Origin: a virus
Direction: 5' to 3' (one strand)
DNA length: 64,000 nucleotides
IMG/VR virus record: IMGVR_UViG_3300034071_001657
The notes below the pieces were generated by a model. That model did no database searches. It was not told the origin of the DNA and saw only the letters and a list, made by a program, of their open reading frames with translations. This document shows, one piece after another, positions 18,843 through 27,127 of the stretch. The position numbers and the translations under genes were made by a program. Numbering within the stretch: position 1 is the first letter of the stretch; each line of letters opens with the position of its first letter.

Positions 18843-19578
18843 GTATATCTTTCTCTGTTAAAGTATATGATCCAAAGTGTTTTACTGATTCTGTAGATAG
18901 CTTAATTGCACACTGTATTGCGTAGTCCATGTCTTCGGTATCGAGATACACTGAAGACAGAACCGCAAGAAAAACATCTCCTGCGCCAGTTACATCATGT
19001 ACAGAAACACTCGGTGCTTCATAGTGTTTGTCTGCTCTCTTTGCACCATCTGCCCCTAGTGTGACAATCAACTCTTTTGGAAATTCATGACCAGTCGATT
19101 CATTATATTCTAACTCATTTATCTTAACAATGCAACCACTATACACGCTTAAGTTCTTTTTCTTTGTGTCCACGAAGATTGGTTTATTCTGCCATCGCTC
19201 TTTGATTTGGCAAATAAGTTCCTCGGTAACAAAGCCTTTATCATAGTCTGATATGACTATGGCATCATAATTCCGCAGAAATTTATCAACAGGAAAAACA
19301 ACCTGTTCGCTTTCATAGCTCTTGGTGTCGATTCTGAGTAGTTGATGACTTGTTCGAATGTCAATATATCTTTCTTTTTTCGAGAATGGTCCATGCACAA
19401 AATCAATTGTGTTATCGAACGCCTTTAGGTTTCGATACACATTGAATGCCATGCCTGTAAATTCTTTACTGAATTTATAGTCCATGATAGGCACTGGTGC
19501 TTCAGGCGAAAGTCTCGAACATGTTCCATAATGATAGACATCTAAACAGATATCACCAACCAAAAGAATTCTACTCAT
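18820..19578 (-). CDS. hldA: Heptose-7-phosphate kinase (stand-alone PfkB domain of HldE)
   Basis: RLSPEAPVP, ISDYDKG, DVTGAGDVF. Confidence 0.85.
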   Translation of the reverse strand: MSRILLVGDICLDVYHYGTCSRLSPEAPVPIMDYKFSKEFTGMAFNVYRNLKAFDNTIDFVHGPFSKKERYIDIRTSHQLLRIDTKSYESEQVVFPVDKFLRNYDAIVISDYDKGFVTEELICQIKERWQNKPIFVDTKKKNLSVYSGCIVKINELEYNESTGHEFPKELIVTLGADGAKRADKHYEAPSVSVHDVTGAGDVFLAVLSSVYLDTEDMDYAIQCAIKLSTESVKHFGSYTLTEKDIHEHIDYW

Positions 19579-19961
19579 AGTTTTTTGATTTTTTCAATTT
19601 CGCTTGTCGATGAATATGTGTTGAGCCTTGGAAAAAATTGAATGACGCCGTGAGGCACTTTTGCATTTTTGTGATCGGACCCACGCAGCGTAATGTCTGG
19701 CTCATACGATGAGATAATGGATTCTAATTCTTCGTCTGTACCAAAAGCAACAACATCATCAACCCATTTTAAATTTCTAATCAATGTCATTCTTTCAAAT
19801 AGACTATTGATTGGTCGGCTTTCACCCTTCAATGATTTAACTCTGATATCAGAATCAATTGCAACTAGTAAATAATCGCCTAGACTTTTTGCATGTTTCA
19901 GTAAACTGATATGACCAAAATGCACTACATCAAAAGTTCCGTTCACAAATATTTTTTTCAT
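19575..19961 (-). CDS. hldC: Heptose-1-phosphate adenylyltransferase (stand-alone domain of HldE)
   Basis: NGTFDVVHFGH, KGESRPIN, SSTS. Confidence 0.85.
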   Translation of the reverse strand: MKKIFVNGTFDVVHFGHISLLKHAKSLGDYLLVAIDSDIRVKSLKGESRPINSLFERMTLIRNLKWVDDVVAFGTDEELESIISSYEPDITLRGSDHKNAKVPHGVIQFFPRLNTYSSTSEIEKIKKL

Positions 19962-20314
19962 TTTTGACTATCTCCAGGATAAACTCTGTAATTATCTTCA
20001 ACACTATCTGGCGTGCTAACTTCAATAATTGTGCCTTCTTCTAAGCACTCTAGTTGATGTGGCAATAACGGTTCGTTTCTCCAGACATTTCCAACATTCA
20101 ATTCGTTTTCATGTATTTTAGCAGTCTTTGTATCTATGTGTCTAACTAAGAATTTACCAGACAACACATACCAAGTTTCATCTTTCTCGGAATGAAAGTG
20201 CATGCTGAACTTCGCACCTGTATTGAACTTCAAAAGCTTTCCGCAATACTTATCGTTGGTGATCCATATAAGTTCGTGACCCCATCCCTTTTCAATTTTG
20301 CCCGATAATCTCAT
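19958..20314 (-). CDS. Cupin, sugar-isomerase-like
   Basis: KGWGHE, SMHFHSEKDETWY, PH, EVST..DNYR. Confidence 0.8.
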   Translation of the reverse strand: MRLSGKIEKGWGHELIWITNDKYCGKLLKFNTGAKFSMHFHSEKDETWYVLSGKFLVRHIDTKTAKIHENELNVGNVWRNEPLLPHQLECLEEGTIIEVSTPDSVEDNYRVYPGDSQK

Positions 20315-21084
20315 GCTACATTCCATATTAAAGAGTTTTCTTTTGCATGTTCATTTACGAAAGTCCAAATCTTTGCATCATAAAATGCTTCTGATGGATA
20401 TGGAGGCTTTTCGCTGTCTTTTACTTCTTTGTCAAATTTGTATTTCGACACATATAATTTAGCACGACCAAGCTCTCGCTCAGTCATCTTATGGCCTATT
20501 TGTACCGCGTGTGCGGGCAAATCGGGAAAGGCCATTTGCAGCCCGCGGTTTAATGTGCCGCTGCTTGCGACAGTCCAAATTTCTTTTATCTCAGAGGAGC
20601 AAGGCAGTTCTCTGGCAATTTTAATAATGCTGCCTAGTACACTAGGATGTTCTAGGCCTAGCGGCAATGTTTTTCTTGTGTTAGGACTTTCTTCACAATA
20701 TGCTTTTGCTCTAGATAAAGTCACATTCAACATGCCCATGTTGACCCAGTGAATTGTTCCACCCATATCTAAAACTTGTTGCTGATGCCATGTGGGTGTT
20801 TCTCTCTTTGCCATGAAAAATGTTGCTTTCTTTCCATATCTATTGCACACATGCGTGAGAGAGATTGGACCCCAACCGACTTTGTTCGCGCCGCCGAACA
20901 CCCATTCTTCGGTAGGATCATTTTTAATAAGATGGTCGATAAATCTAACTTTGCTTCCGCAGCCTAACAAATCATCACGAACAACAAAAAATTTATCTTG
21001 ACGTTCTACAATTGGTTTAGGGTTCGGATCAGTCCAGTCTTTGACATATTCGAGATAGTGTTCAGGCGTTAACAAGTTTGTCAT
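20311..21084 (-). CDS. PLP-dependent fold-type II enzyme (ACC deaminase/cysteine-synthase-like phage family)
   Basis: VVRDDLLGCGSKVR (PLP lysine), VASSGT phosphate loop, YDAK. Confidence 0.7.
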   Translation of the reverse strand: MTNLLTPEHYLEYVKDWTDPNPKPIVERQDKFFVVRDDLLGCGSKVRFIDHLIKNDPTEEWVFGGANKVGWGPISLTHVCNRYGKKATFFMAKRETPTWHQQQVLDMGGTIHWVNMGMLNVTLSRAKAYCEESPNTRKTLPLGLEHPSVLGSIIKIARELPCSSEIKEIWTVASSGTLNRGLQMAFPDLPAHAVQIGHKMTERELGRAKLYVSKYKFDKEVKDSEKPPYPSEAFYDAKIWTFVNEHAKENSLIWNVA

Positions 21085-22159
21085 ACAAAGGCCTTTCAAC
21101 TTTAACATCAATCACAAGATGAATTCTTTCATCGTCTCCACCATTGATTGCTTGATGGGCTTTTCGAGTATCGAGAAACCAATACTCACCAAACTTCATA
21201 TTGATTTTCTGTGGAACACCTTGTGTGTTCCACACAGTAAAAACTACATTCTCATTCGTCTTGATTGGCACGTGAATTCTTGCAAGCTTGCCCATGCTGC
21301 CACCAGAATCAGGATCGACTTGATCAGTATGCCTTTCCAGTTCACCGCCGCCAGGCTTCAGCCTCATAAATCTAACTCGATGAACTTCAGTGCCTAGAGT
21401 GTTGACAAACTCTCGTACTTCAGGAAAAAGATCATAGAGTTTAGTATCTTGTAAACGAAAATCTTGATCTTTGTTTTCTTCTTTCCACTTATCATTCATC
21501 TCAATTGGCTTTGTGATAAACGATGGATCTGAAGTGTATCCTCTCAATGATAATGCAGACCATGAATTATCTTTATTATAGTTACTGTAATGATTTGTGA
21601 ACTGTGGTAGAGAATTTAGTTTTTGATAAATCGATGAAACAAAGTTTTCATCCACGTTTCCAATCTTTTTAATAGAGAGGAACTCAGCAGGATCAACGTT
21701 AGGAAACGCTCTCTGTGTTCCTTTGTAGTAGATAGCATGTATTTCTCCATAGGTTGTGATTTTAGGACCGACATAACAAAATCCTAAGTCTTCTGCTAAC
21801 TTGCAATGCTCTTCATTCTCTGCCCATACATATAGCCAAAAAGAAGTTCCGTTCAGTGCTTTAATTTGAGACTCTAGCGTAGAAATGTTTCCAACCAATT
21901 TGCCAATCGTAATGTCACCCTTTAGCTTTTTTGCAATCACGGTTGACCCATGCATAGTGATATCTGATGCAGATTTACTAGTTGAGACTTCCATCATTGC
22001 ATCACCAAGATTGACAAGGGTTCCTTTGTGCAAGGCTTCTGCAATATTATTCTTTTTAAACTTGGCGAACGGCGAAAGTGTGTATGCATTATAATCTGCA
22101 TACTTCGCCTCAAGTTCTTTTAAATAATCTAATTCATATCCGTATTGCCATTCTTTCAT
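21062..22159 (-). CDS. GNAT-like domain fused to an Asp/Asn beta-hydroxylase-type 2OG-Fe(II) oxygenase
   Basis: C-terminal HTD...RIHVPIKTN...HQAIN...RIHLVID; N-terminal VWAEN...LGFCYVG resembles a degenerate GNAT motif. Confidence 0.7.
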   Translation of the reverse strand: MKEWQYGYELDYLKELEAKYADYNAYTLSPFAKFKKNNIAEALHKGTLVNLGDAMMEVSTSKSASDITMHGSTVIAKKLKGDITIGKLVGNISTLESQIKALNGTSFWLYVWAENEEHCKLAEDLGFCYVGPKITTYGEIHAIYYKGTQRAFPNVDPAEFLSIKKIGNVDENFVSSIYQKLNSLPQFTNHYSNYNKDNSWSALSLRGYTSDPSFITKPIEMNDKWKEENKDQDFRLQDTKLYDLFPEVREFVNTLGTEVHRVRFMRLKPGGGELERHTDQVDPDSGGSMGKLARIHVPIKTNENVVFTVWNTQGVPQKINMKFGEYWFLDTRKAHQAINGGDDERIHLVIDVKVERPLYDKLVNA

Positions 22160-22338
22160 TGTGACTCCTGTACGATTTGAGCGTCTTTTTTATAAACTAT
22201 ATTAATGAATCCTTCTGGTTCTCTTGCCCAAAAAACGTCAGAAGTTTCCCTGTCTTCTCTGACAACATCAAAGACTTTTCCAACATGATTTGCATACCAG
22301 ACTATGCCATCTCCGTGAGAAATAATTTTGATTTGCAT
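22156..22338 (-). CDS. Hypothetical protein (60 aa)
   Basis: Start MQIKII immediately after the upstream stop; ATGA overlap downstream. Confidence 0.6.
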   Translation of the reverse strand: MQIKIISHGDGIVWYANHVGKVFDVVREDRETSDVFWAREPEGFINIVYKKDAQIVQESQ

Positions 22339-22339
22339 A

Positions 22340-22471
22340 CTATTTTCCAGAAATAATGTCAATGAGTAAACCAATTACGATTCCGAACGCTGGAATTATA
22401 ATCAATGATAACCCAAACAGGATTAAAATAAAAACAAACGTATAAAATATTTTTGATATAAAATGTTGCAT
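22340..22471 (-). CDS. Small membrane protein (43 aa)
   Basis: Long hydrophobic stretch IFYTFVFILILFGLSLIIIPAFGIVIGLLI. Confidence 0.5.
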   Translation of the reverse strand: MQHFISKIFYTFVFILILFGLSLIIIPAFGIVIGLLIDIISGK

Positions 22472-22476
22472 TGCAG

Positions 22477-22484
22477 TATAAATA
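22477..22484 (+). promoter_or_regulatory. Plus-strand T4-type late promoter
   Basis: Exact TATAAATA in intergenic DNA. Confidence 0.55.
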
Positions 22485-22538
22485 CGTGGTGTGAAACACA
22501 ATTTCACGCCTATTTTAAACAACCCAAAAGGTATTCAA

Positions 22539-22643
22539 ATGTTAACTTCTATTCTATCATTTATTCGAGACGTTTTCAATGGTATCATCGAAACAAGAAC
22601 GCTAGTTGCAAAAGAAAGACTGAAATATAGAGGGTGGGAATAA
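22539..22643 (+). CDS. 34-aa plus-strand peptide MLTSILSFIRDVFNGIIETRTLVAKERLKYRGWE
   Basis: AAGG SD, upstream TATAAATA, stop abuts the def stop; fills the intergenic gap. Confidence 0.5.
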   Translation: MLTSILSFIRDVFNGIIETRTLVAKERLKYRGWE

Positions 22644-23174
22644 TTATTTTTTCGCTATTTTTTTGACTTTTCTTTTAAGGATCGCTCTCTTTCTCAAGGA
22701 GCGATCTTTTTCCATGCGCGACACTTTTTCTAGAAACAAAACGCCATTCATGTGATCAAATTCATGTAGGACAACTCTGGCAGTCATGCCAATGAATCTT
22801 TCGGTATTCGTTTCACCTTTTTCATTTTGATATCGTAGCCGAACAAAATCTGGTCGTTTGACATTCATATACAACAGAGGAAAACTCAAACACCCCTCTT
22901 TCATTGAAATTAGATTTTCCGACTCGCTAATAATTTTAGGGTTAAAGAGGGCAAACGGCTTATCTTCTTCAGTTCGAACAACGAATACTTTAATAGGAAT
23001 GCCGACTTGGCATGCAGACAATCCTAGCCCATCGTACTTGACCATACACTGATGAAGTTTCTGTGAAAGTTCAATTGGATCACATTGTGGATTTTCAAAG
23101 TTAAATTCTTCTTGTTCAGACAACAGTACAGGACTATTTTCTTCAATTAGTTTTAGTTCATTAAGATTAATCAT
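22644..23174 (-). CDS. def: Peptide deformylase
   Basis: GLGLSACQVG, EGCLS, HEFDH. Confidence 0.95.
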   Translation of the reverse strand: MINLNELKLIEENSPVLLSEQEEFNFENPQCDPIELSQKLHQCMVKYDGLGLSACQVGIPIKVFVVRTEEDKPFALFNPKIISESENLISMKEGCLSFPLLYMNVKRPDFVRLRYQNEKGETNTERFIGMTARVVLHEFDHMNGVLFLEKVSRMEKDRSLRKRAILKRKVKKIAKK

Positions 23175-24883
23175 TTTACTATCCTCGAAAAATTATTTAC
23201 TTTATCAAATCGAATCACGTTTCTAAATTTATCCTGAAGAATATCGCCTTTGTGTGAGATGATGAACAAATTGGTATCTTCAAGTAGATTTAGAATCTTC
23301 ATCAATTCTTCGGTGCCATTTGTGTCTAATGAAGAGTCAAAAATTTCATCGAGAATGAGAAGATTTGTGTTGGCAGAATTTTTAATCTTTGCGACAGCAC
23401 GCCAAGTAAGCATTAATGCCATATCGATTCTTTGCTTCTCGCCTTCACTAAATGACGCATAGCTAAACTCATCCCTATGCCTAGACTTAATTGTTTCTTT
23501 GAATGCTTCGTCTAAATTGAAATTCACAAAGAAATCTAGTGCAGACAGATAGCGATTGACCAGTCGATTGATGATGGGTAAATACTGTCTCACAATCTTG
23601 GTTTTGATGCCGCCGTCTTTCAATAGTGTCGTTGCGAAATCTAGATACTTCTTTTCGTTCATTAAATTTTTTAAATCAGTTTCACACAAAACCTGTTGTT
23701 CTTTCAAAGATGCAATTTCATTTTTCTCTAGATCATCAACATTCTTAGAATTTCGAACAGTGTCGATTTGCTTTTGAAGTTTTGCAATTTGATCATTGGC
23801 AGATGATATGCTGGTATTGTTTACTGCAATTTTAGTTTGATATTTTTGTATGTCTTCTTGTGCAGTATTAATCTCTTCAATCTTTTTCTGTTCTTCATCA
23901 ATCTTGCTTTTCAACAATTCAAGACCATGAAGACATTCAGTTTTCTTTGTATTTAATTCTGATAGAATGTTTTGCTTAAACGCATCCTGAATCGCCTGCT
24001 TACAAGTTGGGCAAGAATCGTTGGTAGCAAAGAAAGTTAAATCGGTGTCTATCTTCGAAATATTGTTTTCGATCTGAGATTCTAACTTTGTGACCTTTTT
24101 AATTTTCGTTTTTGCAGAAAGTAGACTATCCACAATCTCTTGTCTTAAATTAATCTCTCGTTTTAAATTATCGTTCGACTTCTGCAATTCTACAATAGAA
24201 GAATTATTATTGGTAATCTCTAACTCATACTCAGAGATTCTATCGACATTGTTTTGCTTTAGTTCGTTAAGTCTTTCCAATTGAACTGTCAAAAGCTTTT
24301 CTAGAAGATTTTGTTGATTCTTCTTTCTGAGAATGTCATCTTTGTTTGTTGTAGTCTTCTCTTTGATGAGAGTATTCATCTTAGAAAAGATTTGAATATC
24401 TAGCAGGTCTTCAATGATTGCGCGCCTATCAGCAGCCGATAACTGCATGAATGGTACGAACGATGCTGAGCCTAAGATTACGATTTGCGTGAACGATTTA
24501 AAGTTTAATTTGAGAATGTTTTTCTCAAGAAACTCCTGATAGTCTTTCGTTGCAGCATTTTGATTTACTAGTTCATTGTCTGCATAGATTTCAAATATCG
24601 CCGGCTTAATGCCGCGAACAATTTTATAATTTTTAGACTTGATAGAAAATTCAATCTCAACCAAACAATCTTTCTGATTGATGCTATTCATCAACTGAGG
24701 CTTATTGATATTTCTAAATGGCTTGCCAAAAAGACCAAAGCACAAAGCATCTAGCAGTGTGGACTTGCCAGATCCATTTGTGCCTACAATCAACGTGGAA
24801 CTATTCTGATTAAGAGGTACCTCAGTAAACAGATTTCCCGTAGATAGAAAGTTTTTCCATTTTACTTTTTCAAATACAATCAT
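23171..24883 (-). CDS. gp46: Rad50/SbcC-like recombination nuclease subunit
   Basis: GTNGSGKS, CPTC hook, FSEGEK, LDEIFD. Confidence 0.96.
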   Translation of the reverse strand: MIVFEKVKWKNFLSTGNLFTEVPLNQNSSTLIVGTNGSGKSTLLDALCFGLFGKPFRNINKPQLMNSINQKDCLVEIEFSIKSKNYKIVRGIKPAIFEIYADNELVNQNAATKDYQEFLEKNILKLNFKSFTQIVILGSASFVPFMQLSAADRRAIIEDLLDIQIFSKMNTLIKEKTTTNKDDILRKKNQQNLLEKLLTVQLERLNELKQNNVDRISEYELEITNNNSSIVELQKSNDNLKREINLRQEIVDSLLSAKTKIKKVTKLESQIENNISKIDTDLTFFATNDSCPTCKQAIQDAFKQNILSELNTKKTECLHGLELLKSKIDEEQKKIEEINTAQEDIQKYQTKIAVNNTSISSANDQIAKLQKQIDTVRNSKNVDDLEKNEIASLKEQQVLCETDLKNLMNEKKYLDFATTLLKDGGIKTKIVRQYLPIINRLVNRYLSALDFFVNFNLDEAFKETIKSRHRDEFSYASFSEGEKQRIDMALMLTWRAVAKIKNSANTNLLILDEIFDSSLDTNGTEELMKILNLLEDTNLFIISHKGDILQDKFRNVIRFDKVNNFSRIVK

Positions 24884-25962
24884 TCAAAAGTCTCTTCAAC
24901 TGATATAGCTTCAATGTAAAGTTCTCGCATAAAATTTTTCAATTTTGCACTATCTACTTCTTTAAAGTCTTGCTGATCTATGTAGTTTGACAGAATCGTC
25001 ATCGTATCTTGTGCCTGATCAACTTCATCAGAATCATCATTCACAGAATCACCCTCACTAAAATCTTCAACGACAACAACATCGGCAGGGTTTTGCTTAT
25101 ACAATTCATCCATAAACATATCAAAAATATATGGGTCTTCTTTTGCTACCACAATAACTTTTATGTAAGTGTTCTCGTATGATTCTTTTCGAATCGAATT
25201 ACGTAAACGATCCCATGACATATTTGAATCGTCATACGCAATTTTATGAAACATTTTACACGGATTTTCTATGAAAGTCAAATCAGTTGTATCTGTGTCG
25301 AAGATATGAAAACCTTTTGCATCACGATGATCTGACCAAAACAATTCATAAGGTGTGCCAAGGTAATTGACATTTCTGGCATTTGACCTGGTATGAAAAT
25401 GCCCACTAAAGACTTGATCGTAATTCTTCAAAAAATCATCACTCATACCATCATGACATTCAACACCTTTCATCAGAGAGAATCCACTTAGTTCAAAGTG
25501 TCCTATACAATATGGCGAAATCGATTGCGAGATAAACTCATGAACTTCTTTTTCATTTTCGTTGCATATCCAAGGAATCATATCGAAAGAAATGTTTTCA
25601 ATCATTAACTTTCCAGGCTTCTGCCACAAGACAATATTGGAATAGTCTTTCAGCAACAAGTCTGGAGAATTAACTTCTAGGCTATGCTTCCAGAAAATGT
25701 CGTGATTGCCGATCAATGCATGCAGAGTAATACCTTCATCAAGAAGCCTATCGAAAAAATATTTTCGACTTTCGGTCAACGAAAGAAAATTAATATACTT
25801 TCTACGATCAAACAAATCTCCAAGTTGAATAATTGTCTTTATATCATTATCTAATAAGTACGGAAAGAAATAATCATTAAAGAATTTTTTGAAGTATTCA
25901 TGAAAGATTAATGAATCATTTCTCACACCAAAATGAGTATCACCGAGCAGACATATTTTCAT
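24880..25962 (-). CDS. gp47: Mre11/SbcD-like recombination nuclease subunit
   Basis: DTHFG, GDLFD, GNHD, SGHFH. Confidence 0.96.
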   Translation of the reverse strand: MKICLLGDTHFGVRNDSLIFHEYFKKFFNDYFFPYLLDNDIKTIIQLGDLFDRRKYINFLSLTESRKYFFDRLLDEGITLHALIGNHDIFWKHSLEVNSPDLLLKDYSNIVLWQKPGKLMIENISFDMIPWICNENEKEVHEFISQSISPYCIGHFELSGFSLMKGVECHDGMSDDFLKNYDQVFSGHFHTRSNARNVNYLGTPYELFWSDHRDAKGFHIFDTDTTDLTFIENPCKMFHKIAYDDSNMSWDRLRNSIRKESYENTYIKVIVVAKEDPYIFDMFMDELYKQNPADVVVVEDFSEGDSVNDDSDEVDQAQDTMTILSNYIDQQDFKEVDSAKLKNFMRELYIEAISVEETFE

Positions 25963-26137
25963 ATTTTGATCTAGTTCCTTTCTCTGGCTTAGACTGACTC
26001 GAACGAATTACCTTGTCTAGCAAATCACGAATAACAATTAAATGAGTCATTGATGTTTGTCTAACATCAAAAGGCGTTTTTTTATTTTGTACGTTTTTAA
26101 TCCATGCTTCAAGTTGCACTGGCAATGGCGTCTGCAT
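25940..26137 (-). CDS. Hypothetical protein between gp55 and gp47
   Basis: Start MQTPLP with AGGAGA SD. Confidence 0.55.
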   Translation of the reverse strand: MQTPLPVQLEAWIKNVQNKKTPFDVRQTSMTHLIVIRDLLDKVIRSSQSKPEKGTRSKYENMSAR

Positions 26138-26669
26138 TTTGTGTTTCTCCTTTTTTCTTTCTTGAAGATACTTTTTTTCTCTTTGTATCTTCGAAGGTAG
26201 TAATAAAATCACGAATGAAATGATCGCTATAAGACTCATGCATGATGCCATTGATATGTGAGTTTACGATGTCTTCTCCATTGTTCTCAATCAATGCAGC
26301 AATTACTTCATTCTCCATATTTTTATATTTCACGTACATATGCTTTTTTTCTTTTTGAATTCTTCGAAGAAATGCATAATATATGATTTGTGTGAAATAT
26401 GCAAATGGGTTTCCAGATTTCTCTGGATCAAAGTTATCAATGTATAACAGACAGTTTTCTACACCATCGGAAATCATATCTTCTTTAAAAGTGTAGTTTG
26501 CAAAGTTAGGTTTTCTTGCCAAATGAGTGGCAATCTTAAATAGACAAACTCCAATATATTCTGGAACTCTGGGTCTATCGCCACTGTTCTTAGTGGACTC
26601 GTTCACAGACTTTTTATAAATTACCATTTCCGAAAGGAATTTAGCATTATCTACATAATGACCAGCCAT
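26109..26669 (-). CDS. gp55: Late-transcription sigma factor
   Basis: HYVDN, PNFANYT, NPFAYFTQIIYYAFLRRIQKEKK. Confidence 0.96.
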   Translation of the reverse strand: MAGHYVDNAKFLSEMVIYKKSVNESTKNSGDRPRVPEYIGVCLFKIATHLARKPNFANYTFKEDMISDGVENCLLYIDNFDPEKSGNPFAYFTQIIYYAFLRRIQKEKKHMYVKYKNMENEVIAALIENNGEDIVNSHINGIMHESYSDHFIRDFITTFEDTKRKKVSSRKKKGETQNADAIASAT

Positions 26670-26687
26670 AGTTTACCTCCGAGGGGG

Positions 26688-26716
26688 TTGCTTTTTACTT
26701 GACAAACAACTATAAT
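26688..26716 (+). promoter_or_regulatory. Plus-strand (antisense) sigma70-type promoter
   Basis: TTGCTT-17-TATAAT in the gap upstream of gp55. Confidence 0.5.
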
Positions 26717-26750
26717 AGTCGTGTCCTGTGGTTAAGACATAAAGGATCAA

Positions 26751-27125
26751 TTAATGAATGATATCAGATTTATGTGTCTTTAGCAAGGATTTTAGAGTTT
26801 CTTCCTCAGTACCTTCTTCAATCCTTTCTTCTAGATGAAGTCCACTGTCAATTATCTCATCGTAATTTTTGATTATGTCAGATGTAGGTTCAGCACATGC
26901 AACAATTGATGTTTTATATATCCGAACAGGATATTGAGTATTGAAAGTTGGATCCCATTTCAATATAGTGATACTAAGTTTTCCAGAATTAGTCATATAC
27001 ATAACAAATTTAAGTGGATCATCTATTTCAATGTAAGAGACTGTTTCTTTCTTGACATTTGCAATGATTGTTTCACCATTAGAAAGTTTAAAGACTTTTC
27101 TAATTAAAAGCTCTTTGTTTTCCAT
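26751..27125 (-). CDS. Conserved hypothetical protein between uvsW and gp55
   Basis: KLSNGETIIA motif; position typical of aquatic T4-like phages. Confidence 0.7.
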   Translation of the reverse strand: MENKELLIRKVFKLSNGETIIANVKKETVSYIEIDDPLKFVMYMTNSGKLSITILKWDPTFNTQYPVRIYKTSIVACAEPTSDIIKNYDEIIDSGLHLEERIEEGTEEETLKSLLKTHKSDIIH

Positions 27126-27127
27126 GT

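Noticed and set aside
26699-26716. TTGACA...TATAAT as a perfect promoter pair
   Set aside because: Spacer is only 6 nt; the correctly spaced -35 is TTGCTT at 26688-26693
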